Both the position numbers and the translations under genes were made by a program. Below are positions 38,050 to 53,021 of a stretch of DNA of 64,000 bases, piece by piece (position 1 is the stretch's first letter; each line of letters starts with the position of its first letter). The notes below the pieces were generated by a model. The model was given only the letters and a program-made list of their open reading frames with translations. It did not search any database and was not told where the DNA came from. Origin of the DNA: Vicugna vicugna (lineage: Eukaryota); contig MU058423.1 of NCBI GenBank assembly GCA_013265495.1, positions 8,665,627-8,729,626 of the forward strand. Direction: 5' to 3'.

Positions 38050-39960
38050 GAGGCGTAAGGACTTCTACTTCTAACAAAGATAGAGTAGCAAGGACCAGAC
38101 TGACTCTCTGATCTGAACCAAAAAACTGATCCAAATATATGAAACAATGATTTTCAAGACTTTGGAATTGGACAATGAGCAAGAGTAATCCTTGAGAAAT
38201 GGAAAACAAACAATGCAAACCTATCACTGCTCTAGCTACGTACTTGAGAGAGTTTTCAGGCCTCGGCACAGGGAAAAGGAATCTAAGCAGGGCTCAGAAA
38301 AATTCTGAAACAGAGCTGAGGGCCCAGGGAGATCAAGGAGGTTAGAGTTCCTAGGGCAGAGTACAGGACAGGAGGGGGCTACATCCACAGATAGAACCCA
38401 GAGATCTGAAGAAGCACCTCTTGACTATTAAGCACAGTATTAAGTTCATGTGCATAAGGAAACTGTGCAAGGCTGAGGGAAAAAAACCACCTGAAAAGAT
38501 TAGAGAGGACAGTAACCAGAAGTTACACAAGACTGGGAAGCTGCTCAGCCTGTCCCAGACTGATAAATATCATAATTAATAAGACATTAGGTAGAAAACT
38601 CAGAAGCATCTGGCTTTAGTAATAGGGAATAATTACTCCAGAATTAGTGCTACTCTGGTCCTCTCTAATAAATGTCAAGGCAATTTTTATAATTGTATTC
38701 CCTATGTTTAAAAATCAAGGAAAAAAATGAACATGTTAAGTAGAGACATGGAAGACACAATAAAGAACCAAAAGGAACATTTTAAGAGAGAAAATTAAAA
38801 CGTGTGAGATGCAAAATGCACTGAATGGGATGAATGAGAGATCCGTCACTGGAAAGGAAAAGAAGTGACATTGAAAATGTAGAAGTAGAAGCTTTTCAAA
38901 AGGAAACGTAGAAGGGAAAAAACTAAAAACTATGAAGGAAACACCAGTGAGCAGTAAGGACAACTTCAAGCAGTCCGATACACTTGTAAATGGGTTCTCT
39001 CTCCTTTGGGAGATGACGGAGAAGGGTGCCACAGAAAAAAAAAGCAATATTTGAAGAAACAACTGAAATTTTTTTCAAATTTGATTAAAACAATAAGCCC
39101 ATAGATCCAAAGATATTTGTTAATTTTGACAAATGATCGATGATTAGGTGAGATGTTAACGTAAGGGAACTAGGGAAAAGTATATAAAAACTGTATTATT
39201 TTTATGATTCTTCAGGAAGTATAAAATTATCTCAAAAAGAGAAAAAAAACACCGTAGGATATTAAAAAGCAAAACCCAACTGTATGCTGCCATGAAACCC
39301 ATTTTAAACATAAAGACAAAAACAAGTTAAAAGAATAATTAAACTTAGAAGCTTTTGCACAGCAAAGTAAGCCATAAGCAAAACAAGAAGAGGCAACCCA
39401 AACGGAGGCAGGAAAGGATTGTTTTTAAGGAACACAGGTAATTATAATATAGGAGGGGGAGGATATAGCTCAGTGGTAGAGTACATGCTTAGCACACATG
39501 AGGTCTTGGGCTCAATCCCCACTACCTTCATCAAAAAAAAAAAAAGAATAAAAAACACCCCCCTCCAAATTTGTCAGCATAGAATATGTGAAATGAGTTT
39601 GCAGAAATAAGTTTAAATATGAGTATTTAAAATAAGAGTATATGGGTAAATTTAGTGATCAAAAGAGGAGCATCTTAGTTTGTGTTTGCAAAACCAAGTC
39701 TAGGAGTAAGTAGTTCGTAAGAATCATCCAATTACAAGAAAAACATACAGAGAGCTGAAATTAAAGGGAGAAAAGGGAAATATGAACCAAAAGAAAGCCA
39801 GGATAGAAATTTTAATATCAAAATAAACTTCAAAAATAATACATGATAAGAGTGGAAGAGGGATGCCCTATAATGCTGGATAGGTGAGTTCAAGAAGTCA
39901 CAACTGGTAATGGAAATATTAACACACCTCTCTCAGAAAGTGATACATGAAGCAGAAAGT
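38050..39960 (+). mobile_element. Fragmented old LINE-1 (5' region, ORF1, endonuclease remnants)
   Basis: A-rich; aacccaactgtatgctgcc...gaaacccattttaaacataaagac and ttaacacacctctctcag are ORF2 endonuclease-like; similar to 850-2640. Confidence 0.65.
39455..39550 (+). mobile_element. Vic-1-like tRNA-derived SINE
   Basis: gggggaggatatagctcagtggtagagtacatgcttagc...caatccccactacc followed by poly-A. Confidence 0.85.
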
Positions 39961-42304
39961 TTCTTGAGAATTAAAATTAATTAGCTATGATGAAAAGAGC
40001 ATGAGACTTGATATCAATTCAAACTGATCTCAACTCCATTGGGTTCCAGGTTTCATCTCCATTTACTAGCATTGCTCCTTACAACAAGTCACTTATCTTT
40101 GAATGCCAGTATCCTCTTCTCAACAATAGGATATACAACACCTCGCTGAACAACTGCGTGACTTTAAATCTGCCTCTCCGATTCCCAATTTCCAATTTCT
40201 GAACTAGATACTAAAAAATACCTGCTATGCCAAACTCACCAGGTTGGTGAACCACAAATAAGAAAATGTATGTAAAGTGTGAAATCTAATGTCCTATAGA
40301 TGTTATTGTTGTTCTTACCTTTATAGCAGCAGTTTGTTCACTGTTTAGCTATAGTATCGTTTAAAAAATTAGACCATGTCAGTGTAATAATACTATCGTG
40401 TATGTACACAAAATACATACATTTTCACACTTTTTTAAAACCATCCAAAGACTTCGGTTTGATATCCCCACTGTAAAGACAATAACACTGTGATTCAGAG
40501 AGGCCATGGAACTTAACAGGGATCATCCAGCTAGAAAACTACAGAGCCTGTGTTGAACTCATACCATCTCGACGCCACTATTAAAGTACAACACTATATT
40601 CACCAAGTGAAATATACGTAACAAACATTCTAATCAAACAGTAAATTGGCATTCTGGAATGAGTTAAAACTAGAAAAGGAAATGGCCCCTTAGTCCTTAA
40701 AGGGGTGTTTAGGACATAAGAAAGTAATTAGAGAAGCAGTCAGCTTTCATTGCACCTCAGAGCTTGAGAGAAACTGCAGTGTCATAAATGCAGTGAGGCG
40801 TCTGGTTCCCCAAGTCCTCAGCCAATGGAAGCCAAGAATGGCGCAGAAAGCCCTTATACTGTCCACCATTCCACACAATGCTCATTTCAGAGGAAACGTA
40901 TGGGAATATTTTCCTCTCCTACACATGGCGTTTTCTCAGAAAGCACAAAATGAAACCAGATGCTGAAACAAAACAATGGCTTCTCTTAGCAGGGGTAGAA
41001 CCAGTTGAATGCCCCAGGCTCTGTTCTTTTCTCATTTATCAACAGCATCCAGGAACCCACTGCCTTTCTAGGCAGCGAAGAACAATCCATGTGCAATGGA
41101 GACAAGAGGAGAAGAAGACTCTCGTGGTGGAGTTGTTTGGAAGACACCCGAGGAAACTGTCGAGCACCTTCCCTCGGTGCTAGCGAAAGGCAAGACTTGG
41201 TTGAAATTGTGAGGAAGCCACTGTAAGTCCTCTCCCCTCCCACATCTCATATTTCAGAATCTTCTTGCTGGGAAAGCTCCATTTCCCTTTCCCCTCACTG
41301 GCTGGCTTTCTGTAGCTTCCTCCTGCTTCCTCATTGCTCTGGTTACAAATATGTTTTTAATCCTTTACACCTAGGGGTAAGAACAAAAGCTTTTGTTCTG
41401 GGGGCACTTGCTCTTCAAGCTTCATCTCCAATTGTTGACTGAGAAACTCGGCCACCTCGTCGAGGCAGCTGCAAGGAGAAAGAGAAGGAGCTCTGGGCGA
41501 AAGAAGCTGCGAGTCCTTCCAGGCCTATGAAATCTCAGGGCTGAGGTGAAGACTTACTCCCAAGACTGCAGGGCAAAGGGATGGGCAAGTCCCTTTTCAT
41601 TTGCCAACTGTGAGCTCCAAACTGCACCATTTACAAGCCAAAGATTTTGAGAAAGGAAATTTTGTGGTTACCTTGTCAGTGAGGGGGAAAAACTCCCATT
41701 AGGGTTAAGTGGGCTGTGTTACCAACCACAAAGAGGAAGCTAAAATCTTTTCCCATTGAAGCATGCAGCTCTGCTACTTTTTAGGCCAGGAGTAATTAAA
41801 CCAGTATCAGGAGAAAAACAAACACAAATTACAAGATTTTATAAGTAAATAACATCCTTCAATCTTAGACCTTCCAGCAGAAGGTAAAGACTTGAGAATA
41901 AATATGGTCTTAGCTTTTTTACCTTTAACCGCAGAAGTTATCCACATTATGAACTTCGTAGGCAACGCTCGTTAACCAAAGCCTAACCTGCTGAGGTATT
42001 ATCAGAGCTGAACTGATCTGAGGAAAGAAAATATCTACCTCCAGCCAGCTCTAGCCTTCCGTGGGGATGCAGGAAAATACTCAACCCCAGGCTATTTTAG
42101 CCATCCTCTCCCACCTAAGAAGGGGAGACAAAAAAGCTGAGAAACACTTCTGACGTTCACAGTCCAGAGGCACAGGCTCATGAAGAGCCCGAGACCTCCT
42201 CACAGGACTCCAGAACACCCCGTCTCCCCCAGCACCTCACCACCACGTTACCAAAGGCCTCTTAACAGCGGTGCCTTTTACCTGGTACGTCACGTCTAGC
42301 CATC

Positions 42305-43110
42305 AAGACGTGGCAAGGATGTGGAGCAACAGTAACTCTCATACATTACTGGAAGGAAAACAAGCTGGTACAGCCACTTTGGAAGGCAGCTTGGTGATTC
42401 CTTAGAAAACTAAATATACTCTTGCCATACGATCCAGCAATCACACTCCTTGGTATTTACCCAAAGGGGTTGAAAACTTATGTCCACACAAAAACCTGCA
42501 GAGGGATACTCATCGCAGCTTTATTTACAACTGCCAAAACTTTGATGCAACCAAGATGTCCTTTAGCAGGTGACTGGATGAGTAAACTGATATATCCAGA
42601 CAATGGAGTATTATCCAGCACTAAAGAGAAGTGAGGTATCAAGACATAAAAAGACCTGAAGAAAATTGAAATGCATATTACTAAGTGAGACAATCCAATC
42701 TAAATAGGCTACATGCTGTATGACTCCAACTCTACAGATTTTTGGAAAAGGCAAAACTATGGAGACAATAGCAATATCAGTGGTTGCAAAGGATGGGCAA
42801 AGAAGAGATGAAAAGGCAGAGCACAGAGGATTTTTAGGGCACTGAAAATACTCTGTATGATATTATAATGATAGTTATATGCCATTGTACATTTGTTCAA
42901 ACCCACTGAATGTACAGCACCAAGAGTGGGCCCTTAGGACTTCGGATAATTATAATGTGTCAATGTAGGTTCATCTGAGGTTAAAAATGTACCATTCTGA
43001 TGCGTGATGCTGACAATGGGGGAGGCTATGAATGTGCAAGTGTAGGGGTTACATGGGAAATCTCTGTATCTTCTCCTCAATTTTATTTTAAAAAATAAAG
43101 TCTTTAAAAA
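42305..43110 (+). mobile_element. LINE-1 3' end (L1MC-like): ORF2 C-terminus and 3'UTR
   Basis: ORF 42422-42634 [14 protein letters not shown]...HTKTC; A-rich tail near 43090. Confidence 0.85.
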
Positions 43111-45499
43111 AGAAGAACCATTTGGCCATGCTATCTTAGTGTTTGACTACTTCCATCAAAAAAACAAAAACAAAAAACAAAAAACTCTCAAACAGGAGAG
43201 TAAACCCCTCTTTTTAACACCAACTCTGTGTGTAAGTTGCATGTTTTGTTTGATAACAGGGGAGTACGGTTGGAAAGTCAGAGCTGGTCGTGGAACCCAA
43301 AGTGAGTAAAGACCATACAGAGGCTATTTACAGCTATCTTCTTTGGTTATAAGTCCTCAATAAAACCATAGTTGTATAATGAACATTTAGTGGACTCAAA
43401 CTCAGGCATCTCAAGATTGTCCTTAATTTCATTCACCTTCGACCATCAGCATGAATCGATCCAGTCTGGCTGGTCTGACACCTAGAAACTATTAACTAAA
43501 CCTGAGCAATGGCAGCAGATGGTGATGCACTTCGAGTGTGCTGGTCAAAAATATTTTTTAAATAGCTATTTCGGCTACAAACTTCAGACCAGTCACTTTC
43601 AAGTTAGTAGTCTTTGGGTCACGTTTTGAAAGGCAGAAAGATTTCCTGTACAAGAATACTCTTCCTCTGTCTTTACTTTAATTGCAAGGTAAACTCGCTG
43701 GAAGACATTTAATGTATTTTTCCTAACCGAAAGATGATGGATTGCACCCAAATGAAGGGGACTCAGGAAGAGGAAAAGATAAATGGGCATTCCTCTGCCT
43801 AAAGGAGACATTTAAACTTGCATTTTTAGCCCACAGGATGGACCAGTTCCCCCAGCCTCCACATGCTGCAGTCTTGGGGACCAATAGGGAGCAGTTACTG
43901 ACCGTGTGTATGTGCATAAAGCGTGGAGCACCGTGCAGCTGCCAGAGACCCTGAGCGGAACTAGAGTCTATCGCTTCCTTTAAAAGGACAATATTATGGT
44001 AACTCTTCTCACCCCGCTGTAGGACCTGATTAAACACTGGAAAAATCTAAACTTTTCTGCCTCACCCACTCTCTGGATTTGGAGAGGCCAAAAGGCAGAA
44101 AGGAACACGTAATGGGAGCGGCAGGGGAGGGGTGGGGGGACAAGGAGGAGCGTGTCAGGAAAGAGGTCATAGAAAGGATGTCCCTTGGGCTGAGACTTGC
44201 AAGATGAGTAGATAGTCTTCTGAAATTCTGGAAGAAGGGACAGTCTGGGCAAAGATTCAGCGGTGAGAATCACATCTTCCACATCATCCTGGTGTTCTGC
44301 CGTGAGCTCGTGATTTGGGATGGTGGCGTTGTAGCCTGCACTGTGTAAGTGGTTTTCCTCTCCTGCTGTCTTCCCCGTGTCTGGGATGCTAGAGCCATTC
44401 TAAGAAGTTCTACCCTAGGCAATGAGCAACCTCAGAATTTTAAGGCCAAAATAGCATGATCAGAGTTGCGCCTCAGAGAAATCCCTCAGGTAGTAGTGAG
44501 GAGGACGAATGGCAGGAGCATTTGGAATTAAGTGTAATAGCCCAGAAAGAGCAAGAAAAGAGGCTGGCCTGAACTCGGGGCCAGACCCAGATACGTGGGA
44601 AACCCGAGTTGGCTGATTATTTGCCCTTAGAAACTAGTACTTTCTCCTATTTGCTCCACATTCGTTTAGAGAAGAAGCTGGGTGCTAACGCCCACTCGGT
44701 AAGCACAGAGGCCCGCACTTCCTGCAGCCCCCCTGCTTCCCAAGGCAGCTTAGAGACCGTCTGCTGCTCCTGGCGGGCTCCGTGCAGGTCTCAGCCCTCA
44801 CGCCCACCAACGCAGTGTCCTCCTTGGAGGATTATCGGTATAAACAAAGCTGCCCGCGGTCTTTAAGCAGCCCTTACAGACTAACACTCCAGGTTTTCGG
44901 GCTTCCCATATCCCTCGGTCTGTCTCTGCTTAAACTAAATCATAGCAGAGTATTTAAGTAGGAAAGGGTTGATAGAGGCATTATTAAGAAGTAGAATGTG
45001 ACCTGCTGATTAAAAAGCAGGAGATAAGGCAGAGGAAAAAGAGTCAGCAAAGAACGGTGAGAAAAAAGGGTTGGAAAGGTAGGAAAAGAAACTTGAAATA
45101 GATGAATCTTAGAAGCTGTATCAGCCCCCACATCACAGAAGCTTGACATATAAAAGCCTCAACCGTGCAAAATCCAAAATAATTGCCAGTAGGAAGACCC
45201 TCTTGGGAGGCCCCCCTCAAAGTGGTGACTCTGGCCATTTCCACCCTGCGGCTCTGCCTTCTCATGGTTTCAAAGTTGCCCTGGTGTCAGCCTGCCAGCA
45301 GCTGCTGAGAGAGTCATGCACTTCACTTCCTCCCACACTGCTGGCAATAACCTAGACATAGAGGGGACTGGGGGATGTAATCCTTGTCCTGGCACTGCTG
45401 TCCAGAAATGCTGCACCACGGGAGGGAATCCCAAAATGGTCATCTCCCAGCCAAAATTCAAACACAAGTAATTGATTAAAAATCTTTTTCTCATTCAGC

Positions 45500-45930
45500 A
45501 AATGACAGGATAAACAAAATATGGTATATATATAATATGGAAAATTATCCAGCCTTAAAAAGGAAGAAAACTCGGACCCATACCAAAACGTGAATGAAAC
45601 TTAAAAACATTATGCCAGTTAACATATGCCAGTCGCAAAAGGACAAATATTATATGACGCCCCTTACGTGAGGTGCCTAGCATAGTCAAATCATAGAGAC
45701 AGAAAGCAGACTGGTGGTTGTCAAGGGCGTGGAGGGAGGGTCAGTGAGGAGTTGTTTTTCAATGGGTACAGAGTTCTGGGACGAAATGATGAAAAGGTTC
45801 TGGAGTTGGATGATGGTGATGTCTGCACAATAGTGTGAAGGTACCTAGTGCCACAGAACTGTACACTCGGCAATGGTTAATGGTAAATGTCAGGTTACAC
45901 ATACTTTACCACAATAAAAAATGTTTAAAA
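45500..45930 (+). mobile_element. LINE-1 3'UTR (L1MB-like)
   Basis: ggataaacaaaatatggtatat...aaatcatagagacagaaagcaga...aatgggtacagagtt...accacaataaaaaa. Confidence 0.8.
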
Positions 45931-48900
45931 TTTTTCGTGGAGTTCTTTAGCCCTGTGTAAAAATATTCAATGCCTAATATTTACAAAGCATAAGTCCTTC
46001 CAGGAAAAGTTCACATATAGATAAAAATTACCTAACTTCTTAATTTTTTAAAATATATCTACTTTAATTGAATGAATAGCCACAGAATAATTTGTCTCCA
46101 AGTTGATCTTCAACTCTGGTGGAGACTGAATCCCACAGGTTTTCAGGTCTAGGTTGAAAAGCAACTGAGTTTCTTTAAGCCATTGCCTAGTTCCCTTCAG
46201 ACCTGGAAATGCACCCCAAATTCTTGGGACCTTGATGAAGCACAAAAGAAATGGACCAGAATATCAGTGGAAGAAAAGCATGAGAGCAAACAATACGTAC
46301 ACAACATGGCAGTTCTTTTTAGCATTAATATGATTGATACATATATATAGATATATCACTAAAAAAACTAACAGTAATCTACTCCAAGCAGTGTGATCAC
46401 AAGAGATGGCTGCGTTTTTCTGTGTACTTGCTTTCTTCTTCCAAAATGTACTGAGCATGCGTTACCTTTAAAATCTACTTACTATTCCACGAGGCAAATA
46501 GTTCTCAGGCTTTGAGTCTCTCGGTTTTGTTATCTTTGAGGAAAAAACTTTCAGAGTGTACTCAGTAGTAGATCTTTGAGACACACCTTCCCTCCAGAGA
46601 TTTCTTTTTTTTTCTTTATTCAAGAACACTTGATGCCTACTCACTTGAGTAGGCTTCATCATCCGCTGTAATGTAACACTTTTCAGAGGTCCAGAAGATA
46701 AATCTCTTGCCAAGGAACGTGCCCGAAAAACAGCTTCCTCAGTGATTTTAACCTTCCTAACAAATACTTCTTCACAAAGGGCATAGAGGAAGCGACAGGA
46801 TGTCCAAGGAAATAAACAGCAATGGCGAGAAATGCATTTGTGAATCTGCCCCTGGAGTCCAACAAATGCAACAGTTGTGCTCTTTTTCCTTTTTGCCCTC
46901 CATTCTTCTGGCCCTCTCGATTTTCTTGTTTGCTTGTCCTTCTTCAGCGGTCTCTGCAGCATCCTTTTAAGACAGTTACTGAGCAGAAGGGAACATGAAC
47001 TCAGTGCTCATAAGAACAAAGTGCCTGATACAAAGGAAGCGCTTCCGATTTTTTTTTTTAAGAAGCCAAGATTGAAGACTGCAAAGCAGCCCTTGTGGCA
47101 CCAATGCAGAGCTCAGCTAGTTTGTCAATACAGTCCTGCTGCAGAAAGGATTTATTGGGGCCAAATTTTCAAATCCTTAGGGAGCAGCCGAAGGAGAGTG
47201 ATTCATTTTCATTGCCCTTTGAGGAAGGAAAGAAATTATAAATTCAACAGCCCTTTTTGTCTTCTACACTTTCGCAAACACTGAGGCGCATGTCATTTAA
47301 GTGCAAAACATCTTGCGTTTCTTCTCAGATTTGGTCAGTTTTTTCTTTCATTGCTTTTTATATATGGGTAGTAGCTTACCTCCTCCAAAGTGACTTAGGG
47401 TTCTGGAGGGTCAGAACCATGTTTTCTAGCTGCTCCTTTATCACAGGTAGAGTGTAGCACTTTACCAGGCAAGTGGTAGTTGCCTAATATATACATGTTA
47501 TTTGTTTTTTTAATCAAAGAAATATATGTACTTTTCAAGCACAATGATAACAAAAATATTCTAAATATTTAAAACACTTTCACAGAAATAAACAACAACA
47601 CAGTCCCCTGGGCACAGCCCCTATCCCTTACCCATCCTTGACTCAGGCACCACTTTGAATTCTCATAGTCATTTCTGCTGGGGTTTTTTTTCTATATTAC
47701 TTTCCCATATGCATATTATTTCTTGATTTATCAAATTTGCATCTTCCCTATTGACTTTTTCTGTCAGCAGAGGATTTAATGTCCTTACACCACCACTGCT
47801 CACACATTCAGTTCTCCTCCCTTGTTGCAAAAGTCATATCACAACAGTAAAAGAAATAATCAAAGACTGTACTGCGAAGATGATGTACATGTTCGTCACT
47901 GCTGAGCTAGAACATGCAAGGAATTAAATCCTGTCTCCCTTCATCCTGTTTTGCCCATTCTCCATAGCTTTCAATGATAGGATGCATGGAAGTTACATCT
48001 TTTGAGATCTTGTGTGTATAAAGCTTAATTGTTTTTCCACGCTCCATATCTGAATGTAAATGAGCCAATGAATGGAAAAGGGAATAGCATGTTCAAAGGC
48101 CCAGAGGCAAGAAAGCACGGAACATTTGTGAAACTATGATAGAGAAATGTCACAGGCTTGCACCAACCAGACGAACAATAAGACACTAGATGGCCACATC
48201 ATTTTTATAAGGAGATCATTTCAAATGAGAACAAAAGAAATAGTTTCAGTTGGCTGTTAATTCAGTAACTTACAAAAGCAGAGAATCATCTAGAGGAACA
48301 CAGGAAAGTCTTAATTATATAGTTGAACAGGTAGAGACGATACCATTAAGATTTTATAGTCTAAACCAAAATTCTAATAGCAGCAAGATGTTGTGAAAGT
48401 AGATGCTTCAGGGAAATGTTTCTGTTGCCTTTCAACAATTTCACCTACTTCTGTGTGATGTCACTATGGCTACTTAGTCATATAGTGGTTCCCAAACTTG
48501 TGTATCAGAATTGTCAAAGAGAGTTTTAAAAAATCAGGTTCCAATTCTCACTCCTGACCTACTGAATGAGAAACCCACTTGAATGGAGCTGAGGAATAAG
48601 AATTGGGGGTGAGGGGAAAAGAAACCGAGATTATTGTGGATCAACAGTTAATGGAAGCCCGCCTCTCTTCCATGCTCTCGGAGTGTCCCCTTAACCCTCC
48701 TCTTCAGGGAGCAAAGGCTGTGCCTTGGACCTCGCTATATCCCAATGCCCAGAACTCTCTCTGGCTAACGGCACACACTCAATAAACTTATGTTGGATAA
48801 AAAAATAGACAATATTCTTGACCTTAAACTATAAATGCTGATAATATATCTGCTTCACAACCCTACCACCCCTAACTAGCCTGCAAGCTACTTGAGGGTC

Positions 48901-51900
48901 TGAATGAAATGCATTCTATCAACAAACCTAAATAAAATACCCAAAGTATAAACACATGAAACAGTAAATATAATAAGAAGAAAGTTACTGATATATGAAA
49001 GAAATGAAGTATATACATTTAGGTTCAATTTTAAATGTTTCCTTTCTGACATCAAAGGCACACATCAAGGCAGGCAGTATTTTATGGGGTTTTTTTTAAA
49101 GAAATTTGTAAACAAAACTAAAATTTCAAGGTTGGAGATGAGGCTGCGAGGTAGAGAGACTAAGAAACAGCCAGAGACCTCTGGGAGACTGTTTCGTGCT
49201 GAGACAGTATTGAATTGGACACAGGAGTCTTATTAAAGAAAAATCTTGCAATGTTCTTATTACATAACTGTTAATTAGCAGCGTATATTCTCTGTTGGGT
49301 TTTTGGATAAATAAATATCTACATGATAGGAACTGCATCCGACTATTATTTGCAAGAGATAATAAAAAGCTGACTAGTCCCATCTTTAGCAAGGACATTG
49401 AAAACTTCCTCATCCAGAGAGACAATGCTTAACAGGGTAACTTTCACTGATGAGGTGCCAGTGTCTGAAAAAAGAGTCAAATAATAATAGCAAGCTTCAA
49501 AACAATTTCCCCCCAAATTTAAAATCCATGGATTGAGACTTTTATGTCATCTAAACCTAACAAATCTTGAAATATCATGCCACATAAATGTACAAAAGCC
49601 CCCAGACACATAATTTTTAGTGAAAAGTCTTATACGAGGACAAACTTTGTGGTAAGCAAATTTTTCTTCTTTCCTTTGGGAGGAAATAGAAATTCTGTCA
49701 GAATAGCCTATGGTCATTGTTTTTCCTTTTGGTTTTTAACTTTTTTTCTGGTTATTAAAATAATACACATTTATTTGTAAAATATATACCAGTAAGATAT
49801 ATTATTAAGTTATTTTTTCGGAATTCCTTACATAACTGAATTATAGCATGTGAATTTAGAGTCTTGACTTTTTTCTACTTATTGTCTTTGTGAATAAGTT
49901 TTTAACCAATTCCTGATTGTTCTCTTGTAATACATCCCTGAAAGAATAAACAGGGTGTGGACACTTAAAAAATTTTAATATAAACAGCTAAATTGATTTC
50001 CAGAAATTATGTGCCAATTTACCCACCAAAATCTGATGAGGGTGCCCATTCTATTTTACTCTAATTAGCATTGGATATTTAAAAAATTATTCTTTGCTAA
50101 TAGGAAAGACAGAAATATAGATTTTTTTGTTTTAATTTGAATTTATTTGAGTGCTGGTAAGGTTGTTTGTATTTACTGGTTAGTTACATTTTTCTGATGT
50201 GAATAGAAGGTTCATGTCCTTTGCCCATTTACCTCTCACATCTTACTGCATTTATCATCATTCTGTATGAGTTCTTAATATGTTAACATTATAAATCTAT
50301 CTATCATGTTTCTTACAAATAAATACCATACTTCTTTTATTCTAAGTTGTCACTGATGGGAAGACACACCATTACTTTAATAACAGCTTTTAAGGAAAAA
50401 AAAAAAAGAAATACTATATTTATAAGATGTTGATTACAAGACATCTTTGATTTCAGGGATGTTCAAATATAGGTAAATATTTAAAATATTAAAATGTGGA
50501 GAGTGTTAAAATATAGAGTTGGCTCTGAATCAAGACAGTGTGGATTTATTGTGAATTCTTATAAATTAATCATTATCACTGCATGAGTGTTACTACTGAA
50601 CTGAGTAATATGACCCAATATCTAAAAATGTACCCAGTTTGATGAAATACATTAATTTCAATATAAGTCCTTAGAATATTGAATCCATGGCAGTTATTTG
50701 AACTTGGATCATAAATTACTCCAAGCCATTTAGTTTATAAGTGCTGCTTGATAATGTAGAAATTGTTGGACATGGAACTCTGCTGTGAATACTAGTATGA
50801 TGTGAGTTACATGTGTCAGGAAACTTACACACATCTTTCTATAGTTATAGCTGTACATCTATATGTATGTGTCAGTCTGTCTATCTGTCTGTCTATCTAT
50901 CCTGAATATGTATGCATATGTGTGCCTATGTGTTAGTGTGTGTACATAATATTTAATTAATGTTGGATGTTTAACTGCAAAAGCTGCCATCACAGGTCCA
51001 CTTTACCAGAATTCTTTTCATGTCCATTATACATCAAGAATCAAAGAAAGTCCTAGAAAATGGAGTGCTTTTGAAATATGAGTATTTATTGATGTGGAGT
51101 TAAATATGTAAAACTTGCTATAAAGGCATGATGTAAATTGGGTTTATTTCATTGTATCAAAAGTACTGTTATTTGCCTTCCTTATGAGCCACTGGTCCAA
51201 AGCCATTTGTAACCCCCCAACCCTCCACCCCCTCCCAGTAACAATAACTGCAACTATCATGTATTAAGTGTCTGTTTATGTGCTAATCATGGAAGAATTT
51301 CATGAAGGGAAAGTGGTCCAAGCAGAATCAACAGATTGGTTCCAACTTACTTCTTTGTTCATTCCATTTTTATTGAGCACCTGCTGTGAGCCAAGCACTG
51401 CTCTGATCTCCTGGTATTCACAGCATGCTGGGTTAGACACAGTACACAAGTTAACAACTAAGTAAGACAAGGTCAGAGCGGGAGAAGTGCCATGAAGAAG
51501 GCAGCAGAACAGCCATGCGGCTGTGGCTGGCGGGAAGACCTGTCTGCGGAGGTGCGTCCTGATAAGGTGCCGGGACTATCCTCTCGAGTCCTGGGCCCGC
51601 CTGCATCTGCCACTTTCAAACACGGCTTCCACTCTAAAACCAGCAGACTATGCTTTAAATGAATTGAAGCTTGATTGTCTTGCATTAAAAGCAGGATAAT
51701 GCAACTCATCTGCAGTTTTTTAAGAGTTAATATTTGGGTATAAATATTATTCAAAATGTAAGATAATGGTTGGCTTTTAGCAATATTATTTAAGATGGTT
51801 CCTGGGTATCTTGGTCTCTGTGGAAAGAATAACTACCTCAGTAAGAGCCCTGAACCAAAGGTTCTTTGGGGCTATTTGTCCAGAGCAGCCACCAACTGAG

Positions 51901-52242
51901 GCCAAGTGGACAAGCTGCTCCTCCCAGTCTGGATTATCAAGCCAGTTCCTTGGGGTCCCATGGTTGCCAAAGTGAAAATCTCTCTAGTTCCTGCATCCTT
52001 GTGCTCCATCTCTTGCCTGGAATGATGGGGAAAATGCAATGTTTGCTCCCCCACTGATCTGGAGACACTTTTTCCCCTTTGTCTTGGCTCTAGGCATGGA
52101 GGGAAGGAGCAATAATGCATGCTTTCGTTTTGCTCTCACCTGTGAACCTACATTTTCCGAGTAAATGTCATTCTGTTTAGTTGGATATTTTAAATTTGTC
52201 TTTAATTAGCCAACACAACTGAGCCTCAATCACCTCACTCTT

Positions 52243-53021
52243 TTTTTTTCTCAATTTTATGAGTTCTGGTCAGTTTACAATGTTGTGTCAATACAATGTT
52301 GATTTCCAGTGTAGAGCACAATTTTTTAGTTATACAGGAACATACATATATTCATTATCACATACTTTTTCACCATGAGCTACCACAGGATCTTGTATAC
52401 ATTTCCCTGTGCTCTACAGTATAATCTTGTTTATCTATTCTATTTATACCTGTCAGTATCTACAAATTTCGAACTCCCAGTCTGTCCCTTTACATCCCCT
52501 CCCCCGCTGGTAACCACAAGTTTGTAGTCTATGTCTATGAGTCTGTTTCTGTTTTGTATTTATATTCATTTGTCTTTTCTTTTTTTTCTTTTCTTTTTTT
52601 TTTTTTTTTTGTTTCCATATTTTCTTTCTCTTTCTGGCTTACTTCACTTAGAATGACATTCTCCAGGAGCATCCATGTTGCTGCAAATGGCATTATGTTG
52701 TCGGTTTTTATGGCTGAGTAGTATTCCATTGTATAAATATACCACATCTTCTTTATCCAGTCACCTGTTGATGGACATTTAGGCTGTTTCCATGTCTTGG
52801 CTATTGTAAATAGTGCTGCTGTGAACATTGGGGTGCAGGTGTCTTTTTGAAGTAGGGTTCCTTCTGGATATATGCCCAGGAGTGGGATGATTGGGCCATA
52901 TGGTAAGTCTTCTCCTAGTCTTTTGAGGAATCTCCGTATTGTTTTCCACAGTGGCTGCACCAAACTGCATTCCCACCAGCAGTGTGGGAGGGTTCCCTTT
53001 TCTCCACAGCCTCTCCAGCAA
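52243..53021 (-). mobile_element. Young 5'-truncated LINE-1 with 18-bp perfect TSD CTCAATCACCTCACTCTT (52225-52242 and 53022-53039)
   Basis: Open ORF2 C-terminus [18 protein letters not shown]...ILSEVSQKEK, 3'UTR, poly-A and TSD. Confidence 0.95.

Noticed and set aside
46468..46962. 164-aa minus-strand ORF with 'EVFVRKVK', reminiscent of the RPS3A C-terminus
   Set aside because: Similarity is confined to about 8 residues, with no flanking homology, poly-A or TSD. Likely chance; a BLASTX hit extending over more than 50 codons would reverse this.
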